A stretch of 62,966 nt of DNA, the filler included, from Diploschistes diacapsis (taxonomy: Eukaryota): NCBI GenBank assembly GCA_023645945.1. It is 17 parts of 17 records of this genome, joined end to end, with 100 filler letters (N's around TTAATTAATTAA, not from the genome) between each part and the next. Parts side by side here need not be neighbours in the genome. Positions count along the whole stretch, not along the records: positions 1 to 20,712 come from JALAIB010000329.1; positions 20,813 to 22,146 come from JALAIB010003297.1; positions 22,247 to 23,580 come from JALAIB010003298.1; 14 more parts are not named here. One strand, 5' to 3'. Made by a program: the position numbers and the translations under genes. Positions 12,360-22,938 of this stretch are shown in pieces (within the stretch, counting starts at the first letter, position 1; each line of letters begins with the position of its first letter). The notes under the pieces are model-generated. The model was not told the origin of the DNA. It ran no database searches and saw nothing but the letters and a program-made list of their open reading frames with translations.

Positions 12360-12817
12360 CTAGCTCCCGGTACTCCCGAAGATATGGGCGAACTTCAAGT
12401 CTCCTTGTATAGTTGTATTGCACAATAGCTTCCGGCTCATGTCTTTAGCAATGCTAACGTTGTTAAGAACCTCTAAACTACGCGTTAGTTACTTCTCCAA
12501 TGAAGATGCTCTTGCAGAACATACATTTCCAAGTGAACGGTGGCCGGCGCTTTCATCCAGATTGAGTAGAACTGGCATGGTTCAGCGCACAGCGTCCAAA
12601 GGTCAAATCCCAGGGGGGGGGATCGGGATTCCTGGCTGCCTTACCTGCTCGATGGAGTGAACTGTTCCATGTTCACAATCGCGTGCAGTGGATGTGCAAT
12701 TCCATGTTTCTCTATGCAAGTGCCCAGATTCCGTAGGAACAACTACCTTTGCCGTTATCTTGGCGGTGCTTTTACAAGCCCAAAACGGCTAGAAGAATAC
12801 GCCTCAAGTTCCGAAAT
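12360..12817 (-). pseudogene. Possible decayed spliced gene divergent from RPS17 (weakly F-box-like segment)
   Basis: Two canonical introns (12644-12572, 12524-12478) keep one frame: ..HSIEQ|FYSIWMKAPATVHLEI|LEVLNNVSIAKDMSRKLL.. No upstream ATG, and the frame stops early. Confidence 0.25.
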
Positions 12818-13149
12818 TTATACCAGTGAAACAGCTGTAGCCAAAGCTCTATGGCACTACTCAGAGGTAAAGGTATCTGCAGTGTGCAAAAGAACGAAAT
12901 CGACCGGCCAAAAGCTGGACCAACAAACAAAAATCTAACTCGCCCCTCTGCCGCCAAGCTATCACTTTGGGTCTAAGCCCTTATCTCCACAAAATCCGTT
13001 AACTGTAAGGCTGAGATATAACTCCAAATCCCATATTGACATTCGCACTACCATCGTCGACAATTTTACTATCATACTCTTGACGTCTGCACTGCTCACA
13101 GATACTCGCTTCGCTCAGTATCAGATTTGACGCTAGGTGAGCCGCCAAA

Positions 13150-14014
13150 ATGGGCCGGGTGCGTACGAAGGTAAAGGGCTTCACCGAAAATCGTCCCAGA
13201 GCCGAAAATAACTTAGATTCTAGACGGTGAAAAAATCGTCCAAGATCTTGATTGAGTAGGCCTGCTCTACCCTAGAAGTTTACTTCATGCGATGAAAGCT
13301 AAGCGATACCACAGGCGATACTATCCGCGACTCACATTGGACTTTGGTAAAATCACAGAAACCCATAAACTAAATAGACCATCGTACTGAGAATCCTCCT
13401 AGAAACTAACAAGAGACTAATCGATGAGTTTGCGTATGTCTCTGTTCCAAGAGCATCAGGCTAGACCGTAGCTAATTGGTGCAGCATCATTGCCTCGAAA
13501 CGTCTACGCAACAAGGTTCGTCAACCTACCATCTCAGCCATCCTTATCCCTTCGAGTATCCATGGCTGCCCTTTCAACGAGAGTAATTGTCCTCGGAAAA
13601 GCCTTTCTGCTAACATTCGGGCCTTTTCTTCTGCTTAGATTGCGGGATTCACTACACATCTTATGAAGAGAATTCAGCGTGGCCCTGTGCGCGGTATCTC
13701 GTTCAAACTGCAAGAAGAGGAGCGTGAACGCAAGGATCAGTACGTTCCGGAGATCTCGGCGCTGGACTTTACACAGAACGAGAGCGGACAGCTGGACGTG
13801 GATGGAGAGACGAAGGACTTGTTGAAAAGTATGGGGGTGAGTATATCGTCTTCCCTTCCGTGTTCGAGAGGCGCGGCACTGTTGGTGGGGTGGTTCGGTG
13901 CTAACCCATGTGTCTCTTCAGTTCGACTCTATCCCCGTCAATGTGGTCCAAGTCAGCCAGCAGCAGGTTGTTGAGAGGCCAAGGCGCTTCAACGACCGCC
14001 GTCCTGGTGCTTAA
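13150..14014 (+). CDS. RPS17: 40S ribosomal protein S17 (eS17), 7 exons
   Basis: Exons 13150-13170, 13224-13255, 13315-13346, 13403-13433, 13485-13515, 13639-13836, 13922-14014 splice to [87 protein letters not shown]... Confidence 0.98.
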
Positions 14015-14501
14015 GGTTTCTCCAAGGGTAGGGTTGGGGTGTTGATTTACAACATCCATATATGGGAATGTGTTGTTGGCACACCTCGCCCATGACAACA
14101 ACAGATGAGTGCTAGATCACTAGCTTGAATGAAGAGCATTCCCAAACCAAGGTGTCGCCCATATCTTCTTACCAAAGTATGAGGCTTGATTGCCATATTG
14201 GTATCACATGCTATGCGTGACGTTGCTATGTTAGGTACAAGTATAGAAGACTGGCTGGCTTCAGGGCTGATACGCCTAAGTTCATTGCGCTGTACAACGA
14301 CAGAGGCTACTATTTCCTATTTTCGATCAGATTTTGGGCTTTCAAACCCGTAGTAAGCTCGGATCCGCCCTTTCTTAGCGATTACGCCCATGAGCTTCAT
14401 TGGTTAAGTCGAGCACCTGGAGTTCGCATGTTCAGTCATGGCATGGTTTCAACTGTCATACTGTAAACGTATATGCGTACTCCGAGATGCTAAATCCAGT
14501 C

Positions 14502-16340
14502 TCAAATTGTTTTCTCTTCCGGAGCTTGTGCACCGAAAGGCCCGGCCTCAGGATCCTTTGGGTTAACCGCCTTCTCACTCGGTTCATCCATCAATGTTCG
14601 ATCACTGTGCCTCCGCCGCTCCTTCTCCTCTTTCTCCTTCTTTTGATTTTCCTCCCTTAGCCGTCTCTGCTCCCTCCACATCGGGCCCCACTTCAGCAAA
14701 ACCCAAGGCATGAAGCTCGCAACTAGTATGAGGCCCGCGATTAGCGTAAACGCCCAGCCTTTGCCCAGCGCATCGATGATTGGGATGACAACCGCCGTCC
14801 CTGCAGCACCCATCCAGCAGCGCATGAGGTTATTCGCCGCTGTCGCCGTCGACGGCTTGTTCGGGTACAGGTCTATGAGCATCGTGCTCATAGCGTTGAA
14901 CGAGCCGTTAACGAAGAAGCCGCAGAAGAACAGCAGCACCAGCGGCGCGGCGAGCGGCGCCTCGATCTCTAACATCCACCCGTACAGCACGATTATTACG
15001 GCTCCGATGTACAGCAGCGGGAACACGATCTGCAGCCGAGCCTTCTCGATAGGGAAATGCCTCATGTCCTCGCCCCTCTTCTTGTCTATCAGTATCCCTG
15101 CCCGCTTCGCTAAACGCCGGTAATTATAGTCCAGCATGCGCCCATTGCACAGCGAGGCTGCGACGCAGCCGATGCCGAAGGGGATGAAGGAGAGGCCGAT
15201 TTGGAGGTCGTTGAAGCCGTAGATCTGCTGAAACAGTACAGGAAGCGAGCTGATTACGCAGTAGAAGGCCGTATACACCCAGGAATTATAGAGGAGAAGG
15301 ATGCCCGAATCCTTTTCGAAAATGATGCTTATAGCTTTCAGCGGATTAGGAAATTTCAAAGACCTGTGCTTGGCGAGCTCCGCCTGGGCTTGCCGTGTGG
15401 TCTGCTGGGAGATGGTTCGTTGGAGCTGACTGATTGGACGCTGCTCTTGCCTGCGCCGCGTCATGTACCAGTTGAGCAGGGACGCGTCCCAGGCCGGCGG
15501 GGGGGTGGAGCCATCACCAACGACGTTGCGGGCTGTTTCGGGGAAAAAGACGATGCAGGCGATGAGATAGACGCCCGCAATGATGGCTAGGAACCAGAAA
15601 ATGGAGCGCCAGCCGAGGAATTGCGAGAGCACGCCGCCTAGTGTCGGGCCAACGGCGGGACCGGCCATGGCTCCCATGCTCACAAGCGACATGTAGGTTC
15701 CGCGTTCAGAGGATGTAGCAACGTCGGCAACGACGCCGTAGGCAAGGGCAATGGTGGCGCTGCTACCGGTGCTCTGGATGCAGCGAACGACGACCAATGT
15801 GGCGTAGTTATCCGCTACAGCGATGCCGATGCAAGCGGCAATGTAAATGACGAAACAGAGAATGTAGACTGGTCGTCGACCCGTCATGTCCGCGAGGTCG
15901 CCCATGAAGGTCGGAGCGAGGCCCTGGAGAATCATGTAGGTGGTTAGAGTCAGATTGACCAGCTCTTCGGTGACGTGCAGGTCCAATGAAATGGCGTTTA
16001 AGGCGGGAAAGTAGATGCTGGCGGACAGAGGGGAGAAGAAGGCGCCGACACCGGCCATGAAGACTATGAAGAACTTTTGTTTCCTTCCGAAGACCGTGTG
16101 TACGGGCCTCGAACTCTGCACACGGTTAATTGCCTCGACATCAACAACGGCATCCGTTTCTTGAGGCGCGTCTGGCTGCTTTGCCGCCTCTTCGGAGGCC
16201 TCCACGAGGAAGTCATGGCGCGGAGGGTGCACATCTTTCGAAGAACGAATGGGCTCTTCGGACGCTCCTCGACTGATACTGTCTTCCGTTTCATTTTCCT
16301 CTTTTGCCTGGTGTCCGACTTCCTTATCCAAGTTGTTCAT
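14502..16340 (-). CDS. MFS multidrug transporter, DHA1 (Qdr-like) family
   Basis: 612-aa intronless ORF, about 12 hydrophobic segments, motif A GDLADMTGRRPVY, IYFPAL, GPTLGG, WRSIFWFL and PET motifs. Confidence 0.93.
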   Translation of the reverse strand: MNNLDKEVGHQAKEENETEDSISRGASEEPIRSSKDVHPPRHDFLVEASEEAAKQPDAPQETDAVVDVEAINRVQSSRPVHTVFGRKQKFFIVFMAGVGAFFSPLSASIYFPALNAISLDLHVTEELVNLTLTTYMILQGLAPTFMGDLADMTGRRPVYILCFVIYIAACIGIAVADNYATLVVVRCIQSTGSSATIALAYGVVADVATSSERGTYMSLVSMGAMAGPAVGPTLGGVLSQFLGWRSIFWFLAIIAGVYLIACIVFFPETARNVVGDGSTPPPAWDASLLNWYMTRRRQEQRPISQLQRTISQQTTRQAQAELAKHRSLKFPNPLKAISIIFEKDSGILLLYNSWVYTAFYCVISSLPVLFQQIYGFNDLQIGLSFIPFGIGCVAASLCNGRMLDYNYRRLAKRAGILIDKKRGEDMRHFPIEKARLQIVFPLLYIGAVIIVLYGWMLEIEAPLAAPLVLLFFCGFFVNGSFNAMSTMLIDLYPNKPSTATAANNLMRCWMGAAGTAVVIPIIDALGKGWAFTLIAGLILVASFMPWVLLKWGPMWREQRRLREENQKKEKEEKERRRHSDRTLMDEPSEKAVNPKDPEAGPFGAQAPEEKTI

Positions 16341-16719
16341 CTAAACTCGACCTATAACGGATTGCGATAATGCTTGTCTCGGCACAAACATACGGTCGGT
16401 GCGTAGCAATCAAGACAGAAGCGGATCTTCACAGAAGCTTACAGAGTAAATGGAACAGACTCACTCTTTATAGGGAAGTACAGTTTCGCCATTGTTAAAT
16501 CCGGGACATTGTGAAGATGACTCGTTCCTGTCGTGCAAGTAGCCGGTAGCCGGTATGATCGGCAGGAGCCAAAAAAGTACAGTTAGTCTGACCGAAATAT
16601 TTGCAACTCGATATACTTAGACTTATCATCGTATTAACCTTGTTTTTACGACCGTTTCCGTTTATGTTGAGTAGAGTAGCGCATTATATACTACTATTCA
16701 TTCTATATCTGAATAATTT

Positions 16720-16796
16720 GGCAGCGGGATTGAATGGTGAAGATAACTTGCCGACGGAGGTTTTCGAAAGTTGTAGGTTCAAATCCTATTGTTTTA
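16720..16796 (+). pseudogene. tRNA-like relic (possible mutated tRNA-Ser/Leu or SINE head)
   Basis: Intact T-arm / B-box GTAGG-TTCAAAT-CCTAT. ATTGAATGGTGAAGAT resembles a GCCGAGTGGTTAAGGC D-arm after transitions. Acceptor and anticodon arms pair poorly. Confidence 0.3.
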
Positions 16797-17336
16797 TTAC
16801 TAATACGGAATTTCTTTATTCCCAGAGCTAATAACCCTAAAGCGGTTAGCGATTAATGTCCCAGCAATTAAAGTTTTCGGCTTAATTTAGCCTATAATCA
16901 TGTTGTTATTAGATCATGTATTATAAATAAATTAATAGGTATGTAGTCTGAATACCATGTAAAAAATGTAAAAAATGTAAAAAATGTTATGATGTTTACA
17001 TAGAAAAGGAGCAGCGCAGGTAATATTCTTGAAATAAACGGTGTAGACGACGGCGGGGCATACGCCCTCACGTCAGGCCTGTTTGAGAATATAGATATCT
17101 AGAGAACTTCCATTAGGTGCACACACTCCAAGTCGTCTGCAGTTTTTTTGTGACAATCTCCGAAATGTTTCAATGTTTCTGATGTTACTACTCAACTACT
17201 CTCTTGCCACCTCAGAATCTTCTCTTTTCTATTTAAGTTGGTGTGAGGATGAATAGGAAAGCAGTCTACCTCTTGTTAAGCACACGGTCCCTTTCCTACT
17301 GTCATTTAGTGAATGCAGCTGTAAGTCTCGACAAGT

Positions 17337-18335
17337 ATGTCTCAAGATAGAATTATGGGAGATCTTGGGGCCGACATAGGCAATACTGCCACTAAAATAG
17401 ACTCTCCACTAACGGAACTGCCCTTTCTCCCTTCTGTACAGCCACTAACTGATGATCCCCAAGGGTTAGCAACGGCAGACATGGCAGGCAAAGGAAGTTC
17501 TATTGCGGGTAGGATCGAAGCTGCCAACAAGGTAATTGAACCCATCGTATTAAGGAAACAGACTCAGGAATTAAAGGTCAATCCGGAGGAAGCCCAGCGC
17601 AACCGGAAGCTTGCTGTGGAACAAGCGAAGAGGATTCAATATGCCAAGGAGTTTGAGATGACCAAACTAGAGTCCATAGAGCGGCTGATCGACTTTCCGT
17701 TGCGAGGACAAGACCCGGACCACCCAGACGCTACCGACATCCAGCAGCTCAAAGCTCATATAAGCCTTTTCAATGAGTCCGACTTCGACTCGGCGGTCGA
17801 GGAACGAAATGTCAATACCAAATGTGGCTATTTCCTTTGCCAGAAGGCTCCAGGATGGCGACCCATGAGCGCTAGGTTCGGCGGCGCCCGTAATGAACGC
17901 GCACCCCTGAAGCAGAGGTCATGGTGCTCCAGTACATGCGCCGAAAAGACTCTGTATCTCATAGTTCAGATACGTGACACCTCTCTGGGCGAGCGCATGT
18001 CGAAGAATGGTGGAAATTTGAAGCTCCTCGGAGAGCAGAAAGCGCAGGAGGCTCGGCATCCCGTAGACCAGGAGCTCTCGGGCAAGCTTGACCAACTAGC
18101 AATTGAGCGTGGAGACGGTGCAGATTCGATTCTCTCGAGATCGGTCATGAAGGGAGTTCAGGAGAAGAGGACGAGCACAGCTACTGCGCCGATGGCACCG
18201 CGTGTCATAGAAGGTATCGAGACTCATCAGCAGGTCGAGGGATATACACCAGCAGCGGGAGGCCAATGGACAATGAGGTTACCTATGCGGGATAGTCGCA
18301 TCAACCGTGAAGGAGACATTCTGGACAGCATATAA
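17337..18335 (+). CDS. RTR1: Rtr1/RPAP2 family RNA polymerase II CTD phosphatase-like protein
   Basis: FDSAVEERNVNTKCGYFLC and WCSSTCAEKTLYL match the Rtr1 zinc-site motifs; C-terminal VEGYTP. The true start may be a later ATG (17481). Confidence 0.85.
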   Translation: MSQDRIMGDLGADIGNTATKIDSPLTELPFLPSVQPLTDDPQGLATADMAGKGSSIAGRIEAANKVIEPIVLRKQTQELKVNPEEAQRNRKLAVEQAKRIQYAKEFEMTKLESIERLIDFPLRGQDPDHPDATDIQQLKAHISLFNESDFDSAVEERNVNTKCGYFLCQKAPGWRPMSARFGGARNERAPLKQRSWCSSTCAEKTLYLIVQIRDTSLGERMSKNGGNLKLLGEQKAQEARHPVDQELSGKLDQLAIERGDGADSILSRSVMKGVQEKRTSTATAPMAPRVIEGIETHQQVEGYTPAAGGQWTMRLPMRDSRINREGDILDSI

Positions 18336-18813
18336 ACCTTTTTAGGAGGACGTTAATCAGATGAGAAAAGCGATCCGGTATAGGGAGCTCGAGCACTGAT
18401 GCTTTATAGCCGTCGGATGTTATCCCAATGCGGATTCAATAAGCATTTCTCGTCCCTCTCTCGACAGTGTTGTAGAAGCTGCATCTTCACATGAGCTGTT
18501 CGGCGTGATGTAGCGGGAAGGAACCCGAAGAGGATTGAGACCGAACCTTGATTGGTGGACCAGAGTACCTCGGCAAAGAAGAGAGCGAAGCATCAATTAG
18601 ATTATGCACGAGAGTCAATAAGAAGTATTAAACCCCAGCGAACAATTCTAGTATCGGTCGCTGTTAGCTCTCGCTGCTTTTGAGATTTGTCGTTGTGTAT
18701 TTGTAGAGCATAAAGTGTCTTTTGCCATCGCAGGTTGCGCTGCAGTTGCGGCTGTAACATACTGTAAGCTACTAGAAAGTTAAAAAGTTAAAAAGTTAAA
18801 AAGTTTCGGTCCA

Positions 18814-20342
18814 ATGGAGTCCTACTCAAAACCTCTTTCCACCCCCGCTTCAACAGCTTCCTCAAATACCACTACCCAAACCGCATCCGCCAGACTCTCA
18901 AGCATCAACCGGCACATCACGCCCGCCAGCATGCAGCCGACATCCTTCTCAGCGGAGCGAGTCCCGCAGGCGCCCGAAGACCCGCTCTTCGGACTGATGG
19001 CAGCCTACCGCAAAGACACCTTCGAGAAGAAGGTCGATCTCGGCATCGGCGCATACAGGGACGACAACGCGAAGCCGTGGGTGCTGCCCGTTGTCAAGAA
19101 GGTGGGGTGTACTCCGATGGTGCAATCTGTGATGCTTTGCTGATCCGATCGCTTTTCCAAGGCCGACGAGCACCTGCGGCAGGACCCGGATCTCAATCAC
19201 GAGTATTTGCCTATTGCTGGGCTGCCGGAGTTTACGACGGCGGCGCAGAAGTTGATTCTTGGGGCCGATAGTCCGGCGATTAAGGAGAAGCGGGTATGGT
19301 GTTCTCATTCTACGTTTTAGGACACGGCACTTCCTTCTTTCCTATCTCCCCTCCCTCCCCTGCAGCTCCGCTCACCACTACCTTCCAGGTATGCTCCCTC
19401 CAAACCATCTCCGGCACCGGCGCCGTCCACCTGGGCGCCCTCTTCCTCTCCAAATTCTACCCTCGCCCCTCCTCCCAACCCGTCTACTTCTCGTCGCCCA
19501 CATGGGCCAACCACAACCAAATCTTCTCCAACGTCCATCTCCCCATAAAAACCTACCCCTACTTCTCGCCGCAAACCAAAGGCCTCGACTTCGACGGCAT
19601 GAAATCCGCCCTCTCGGCCGCCCCAGAAGGCAGCATCATCCTCCTGCACGCCTGCGCGCACAACCCAACAGGCGTCGACCCGACGCAATCCCAATGGAAG
19701 GAAATCGCCGGCATCGTGCGCGAAAAGCGGCACTTCCCCTTCTTCGACTGCGCCTACCAGGGCTTCGCGTCGGGGGACCTCGAGCGGGACGCGTGGGCGG
19801 TGCGGTATTTCGTGTCGGAGGGCTTCGAGCTCTGCGTGGCGCAGTCCTTCGCCAAGAACTTCGGGCTCTACGGCGAGCGCGCGGGGGCCTTCCACTTCGT
19901 CACCGCCCCGACGCCGTCCTCCCCCGGCAGCGCCACGGACACCGTCGCCCGGCTCGCCAGCCAGCTCGCCATCCTGCAGCGCTCCGAGATCTCCAACCCG
20001 CCGCTGTACGGCGCGCGCATCGCCTCCACCATCCTCAACTCCCCGGACCTCTTCGCCGAGTGGGAGGACAACCTGCGCACCATGTCGGGCCGCATCATGA
20101 GCATGCGCGGCGAGCTCAGGGCTTGGCTGGAGAGGCTGGGCACCCCCGGATCCTGGGCGCACATCACGGAGCAGATCGGCATGTTTTCCTTCACGGGCCT
20201 GAACGAGGACCAGGTGCGCAGGATGCGGGAGGAGGAGCACGTTTACATGACCAAGAACGGCAGGATCAGCATGGCGGGGCTGAACGGTGGGAACGTCGAG
20301 TATGTGGCCAGGGCGATGGATCGCGCGGTCAGGGGGGATTGA
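18814..20342 (+). CDS. AAT2: Aspartate aminotransferase, cytosolic type
   Basis: Exons 18814-19101, 19162-19293, 19389-20342. KVDLGIGAYRD, HACAHNPTGVD, PLP lysine motif SFAKNFGLYGER, GRISMAGL. Confidence 0.97.
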
Positions 20343-20712
20343 GAGTAGGGGGTTGGAAAGGGCGGGAACGACCGTGGGGGAGGCCAGCGAGGGGTGATGG
20401 ACGATGGGCGGAGGTTAGCGGGGAGCGAAGAGCGAATGATGCGAGAAGGGGAGAAAATGGAAGCGGTATGGAAGAAGGCCTAGAGTACAGCGGCATGGGG
20501 GGTTGCTAGGAAATGTTTGATGCAGTATGATCGATGCCAGCCCATAGACTTTGTATTACGCATTCAATCAAAAAAAAGAATTCGAACGAGAACCCCACAA
20601 CTCGCACGCACGCACGCATCGCACGCACGTCAACTCTCTCGATTATATATAACCATGCGATAAGTCCAAAGGTCTGCCGAACAAAACACAACAACAATAA
20701 CATACGCCATAC

Positions 20713-20812
20713 NNNNNNNNNNNNNNNNNNNNNNNNNNNNNNNNNNNNNNNNNNNNTTAATTAATTAANNNNNNNNNNNNNNNNNNNNNNNNNNNNNNNN
20801 NNNNNNNNNNNN
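20713..20812. other. Artificial contig spacer (44 N + TTAATTAATTAA + 44 N), first of 16 identical spacers
   Basis: The same 100-nt spacer starts at 20713, 22147, 23581, 25015, 45813, 47246, 48679, 50110, 51540, 52970, 54399, 55828, 57257, 58686, 60113 and 61540. The linker has stops in all six frames. Confidence 0.99.
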
Positions 20813-21670
20813 GATCTCGTATATAACGTGATTAATATATATGATATTTTCGATTTAAGTATTTATAATTTCGACGAAATCGGGTTTCTTATAAGAATAC
20901 TAGGCCATATAAAGGTCGTAATTATTTTAGATCGCAAAAATAGATTTCGTACGAAGCAACCCGGTAATCGAAAATAGATTTTAATTATCTAAATTATTTA
21001 TACGGACGGTTATACGCTGCTTCCGTACGTGATTATAAAGGATAAATGTTATTTTCTTTCTTGATATTAAAACAACGATTTACCCGATATATAACGCGTA
21101 TAATTTAGTAAAAACGGATAAATTATTAATAAAATTAATTTAAATTAATTGAAGCATTTTTAAAATTATTCCAAACCTTATACGATAGATAGATATCGTT
21201 TATTAATCCTTAATGGTTATAATAGCCATCGTACGATCGATTTTATTAATTATTATAAAAATAATAACATTGTTTCGTTCTATATGCCTGTTTATTTATT
21301 ACATATTTTTTAATTTTTAAATATCGGATGTTTTAAATCGTTTATAATTGCGTACGATAAAGAAATCGAGTAAATAATACGTACGTAAATTACGTATATT
21401 ATTAAAAACGACGTCTTTTTTGTTTTTAAACGGGTTTTTAAAATGTAAGTAGAGGATTAAAAAACGTACGAATAACTTTTAAAGTTATTAAACTTATTTC
21501 CTATAATATAGAAAAGATGATTAATAATTTAAAATTTAAATTTCGTACGTTTATGTTTTCGAATTTTCGTCCCACGAGTTTTATATTTATTAATTTAGAT
21601 ACGTTTTATACGGCGAACGATGCTTTATAAGATTTTATAAATCTAAAATTTAGAATTATTAAATATTAAA
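20813..21670 (+). mobile_element. RIP-degraded pogo/Fot1-family DDE transposase remnant
   Basis: NFDEIGFLIRI (NFDETGF), QPGNRK (QPGNRE), LLILNGYNSH (LLILDGHxSH), MPVYLLHIF*FLNIGCF (MPxHSSHxLQPLDVGCF). Many TAA stops. Confidence 0.88.
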
Positions 21671-22146
21671 ATTGAGCGCACTCGGCGCTAACGCGGATCG
21701 CGGCATTGACGTGGGGAGTGTCCCTACGGGGCGCGCGTCAAGTATATTGCGCAGGAATGAGAACAAGTATGCTGTACGGAGGCGGGACATGGGCGGAACC
21801 GTGGCGGTCTAGATCCGGGGGGGGAAAAGAAGGGCTCGAGCGTTTTCAGAATCGTGCACTCCGTACAATTACGGAGGCGTATAGGCCAACCTCGATTGCG
21901 AGATTAAGAACCGAGGCTTACGTACCTCCGACGGATCTCTACCTAGCCGATATAACGGCGCGTATCTATCGAAAACTCGAAATTAACGGAATAATAGCGG
22001 AAATCAAAAAACGATACGTAACGATAACGAAAAGATTACGATTAAAACGAGGACGAAAAACGAAAATAAAACCGACGTTAATTTAATTTCGGGCGATATA
22101 AATAAACGATAAAGAAAAAGAAGAAAAAAGAATAAAAGAATAAATA
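21671..22146 (+). mobile_element. 5'-truncated Tad1-like LINE fragment inserted after the Fot1-like remnant
   Basis: TWGVSLRGARQVY..MLYGGGTW..LERFQNRALRTITEAYRPTS..EAYVPPTDLYL, the post-RT region of fungal LINE ORF2. A second copy lies at 58360-58685 (-). Confidence 0.8.
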
Positions 22147-22469
22147 NNNNNNNNNNNNNNNNNNNNNNNNNNNNNNNNNNNNNNNNNNNNTTAATTAATT
22201 AANNNNNNNNNNNNNNNNNNNNNNNNNNNNNNNNNNNNNNNNNNNNCTAACAATTGGTCGAACAATCGTTGCTATTAAATTATTAATATAGACTTAAATT
22301 ATAATATATATAAAAGATAGATTGCTAAAAGCTAGGTGAGTAGCAAGCCCTTATAGCTACTACAATAGCTGCTAAGTGGGTGGATGCCCAATGGCATCAT
22401 CACCCATGGCATCACCGGCAAAGGTAGGAGCAAGCGACACCCCTAGTAGCTCAATAGCTACTACACTCT

Positions 22470-22521
22470 TCCTAGAACTCAGTCGAACTCCCAGCCATGC
22501 CTTCTGCCTGTCTGTTCAACA
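22470..22521 (-). repeat. Terminus of LTR-like family C (TGTTGA(A/G)CAG...GGCATGGCTG)
   Basis: CAGCCATGCCTTCYG..TGYTSAACA recurs, ending at 22521, 49422 and 51252 with different flanks. TGTT is a typical LTR start. Confidence 0.55.
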
Positions 22522-22685
22522 AAAGGCGTATTTTATATTACGTAAGCGTGGATATTCGCGGCGTGAGAGCTTTAACGAGTTTTAACGCTAGTAATCCGGC
22601 GCTAAATTAACGGATTTTTTAATTATTTTTTCGAAAAAATAGTTTTTTTAAAATATTCAAAAATGCTTTTTTATTTTATGAGTAG

Positions 22686-22850
22686 GTAGTATTTTAATTA
22701 AAAATGATTGGCCTCGCCATCTTCGCCGGTTTTGCCGGTTTCGCCATGTTTCGCTAAACGTTTTGGCGAAAGCTGGCGAAATGGGTGAAACCCACGAAAC
22801 TGGCACGTTCGCCAGAGAAAATCTTTGCTTGAAAAACTTCTCGTGATGAT
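22686..22850 (-). repeat. End of an unclassified repeat element with GGCGAAA subterminal repeats
   Basis: Reverse-complement homologue of 49680-49895. The shared sequence stops at ...GGCCAATCATTTTT..ATACTAC. Confidence 0.7.
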
Positions 22851-22938
22851 TGTTATAATTACGCGTAAACGGGATATATTAATATACGTATATTTATCTA
22901 GCTCGAAGATCCGTATCTTAAAATTAATTATCCGGTTA

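Noticed and set aside
14502..20342. MFS transporter plus aminotransferase as a secondary-metabolite cluster
   Set aside because: No backbone enzyme; the neighbours are housekeeping genes (RPS17, RTR1, AAT2).
19259..20509. 416-aa and 307-aa ORFs overlapping aspartate aminotransferase
   Set aside because: Arg/Pro-rich off-frame shadows with no motifs.
20757..20768. TTAATTAATTAA recurring every ~1.43 kb, superficially like a CRISPR or satellite array
   Set aside because: Always centred in 88 Ns; a synthetic six-frame-stop linker.
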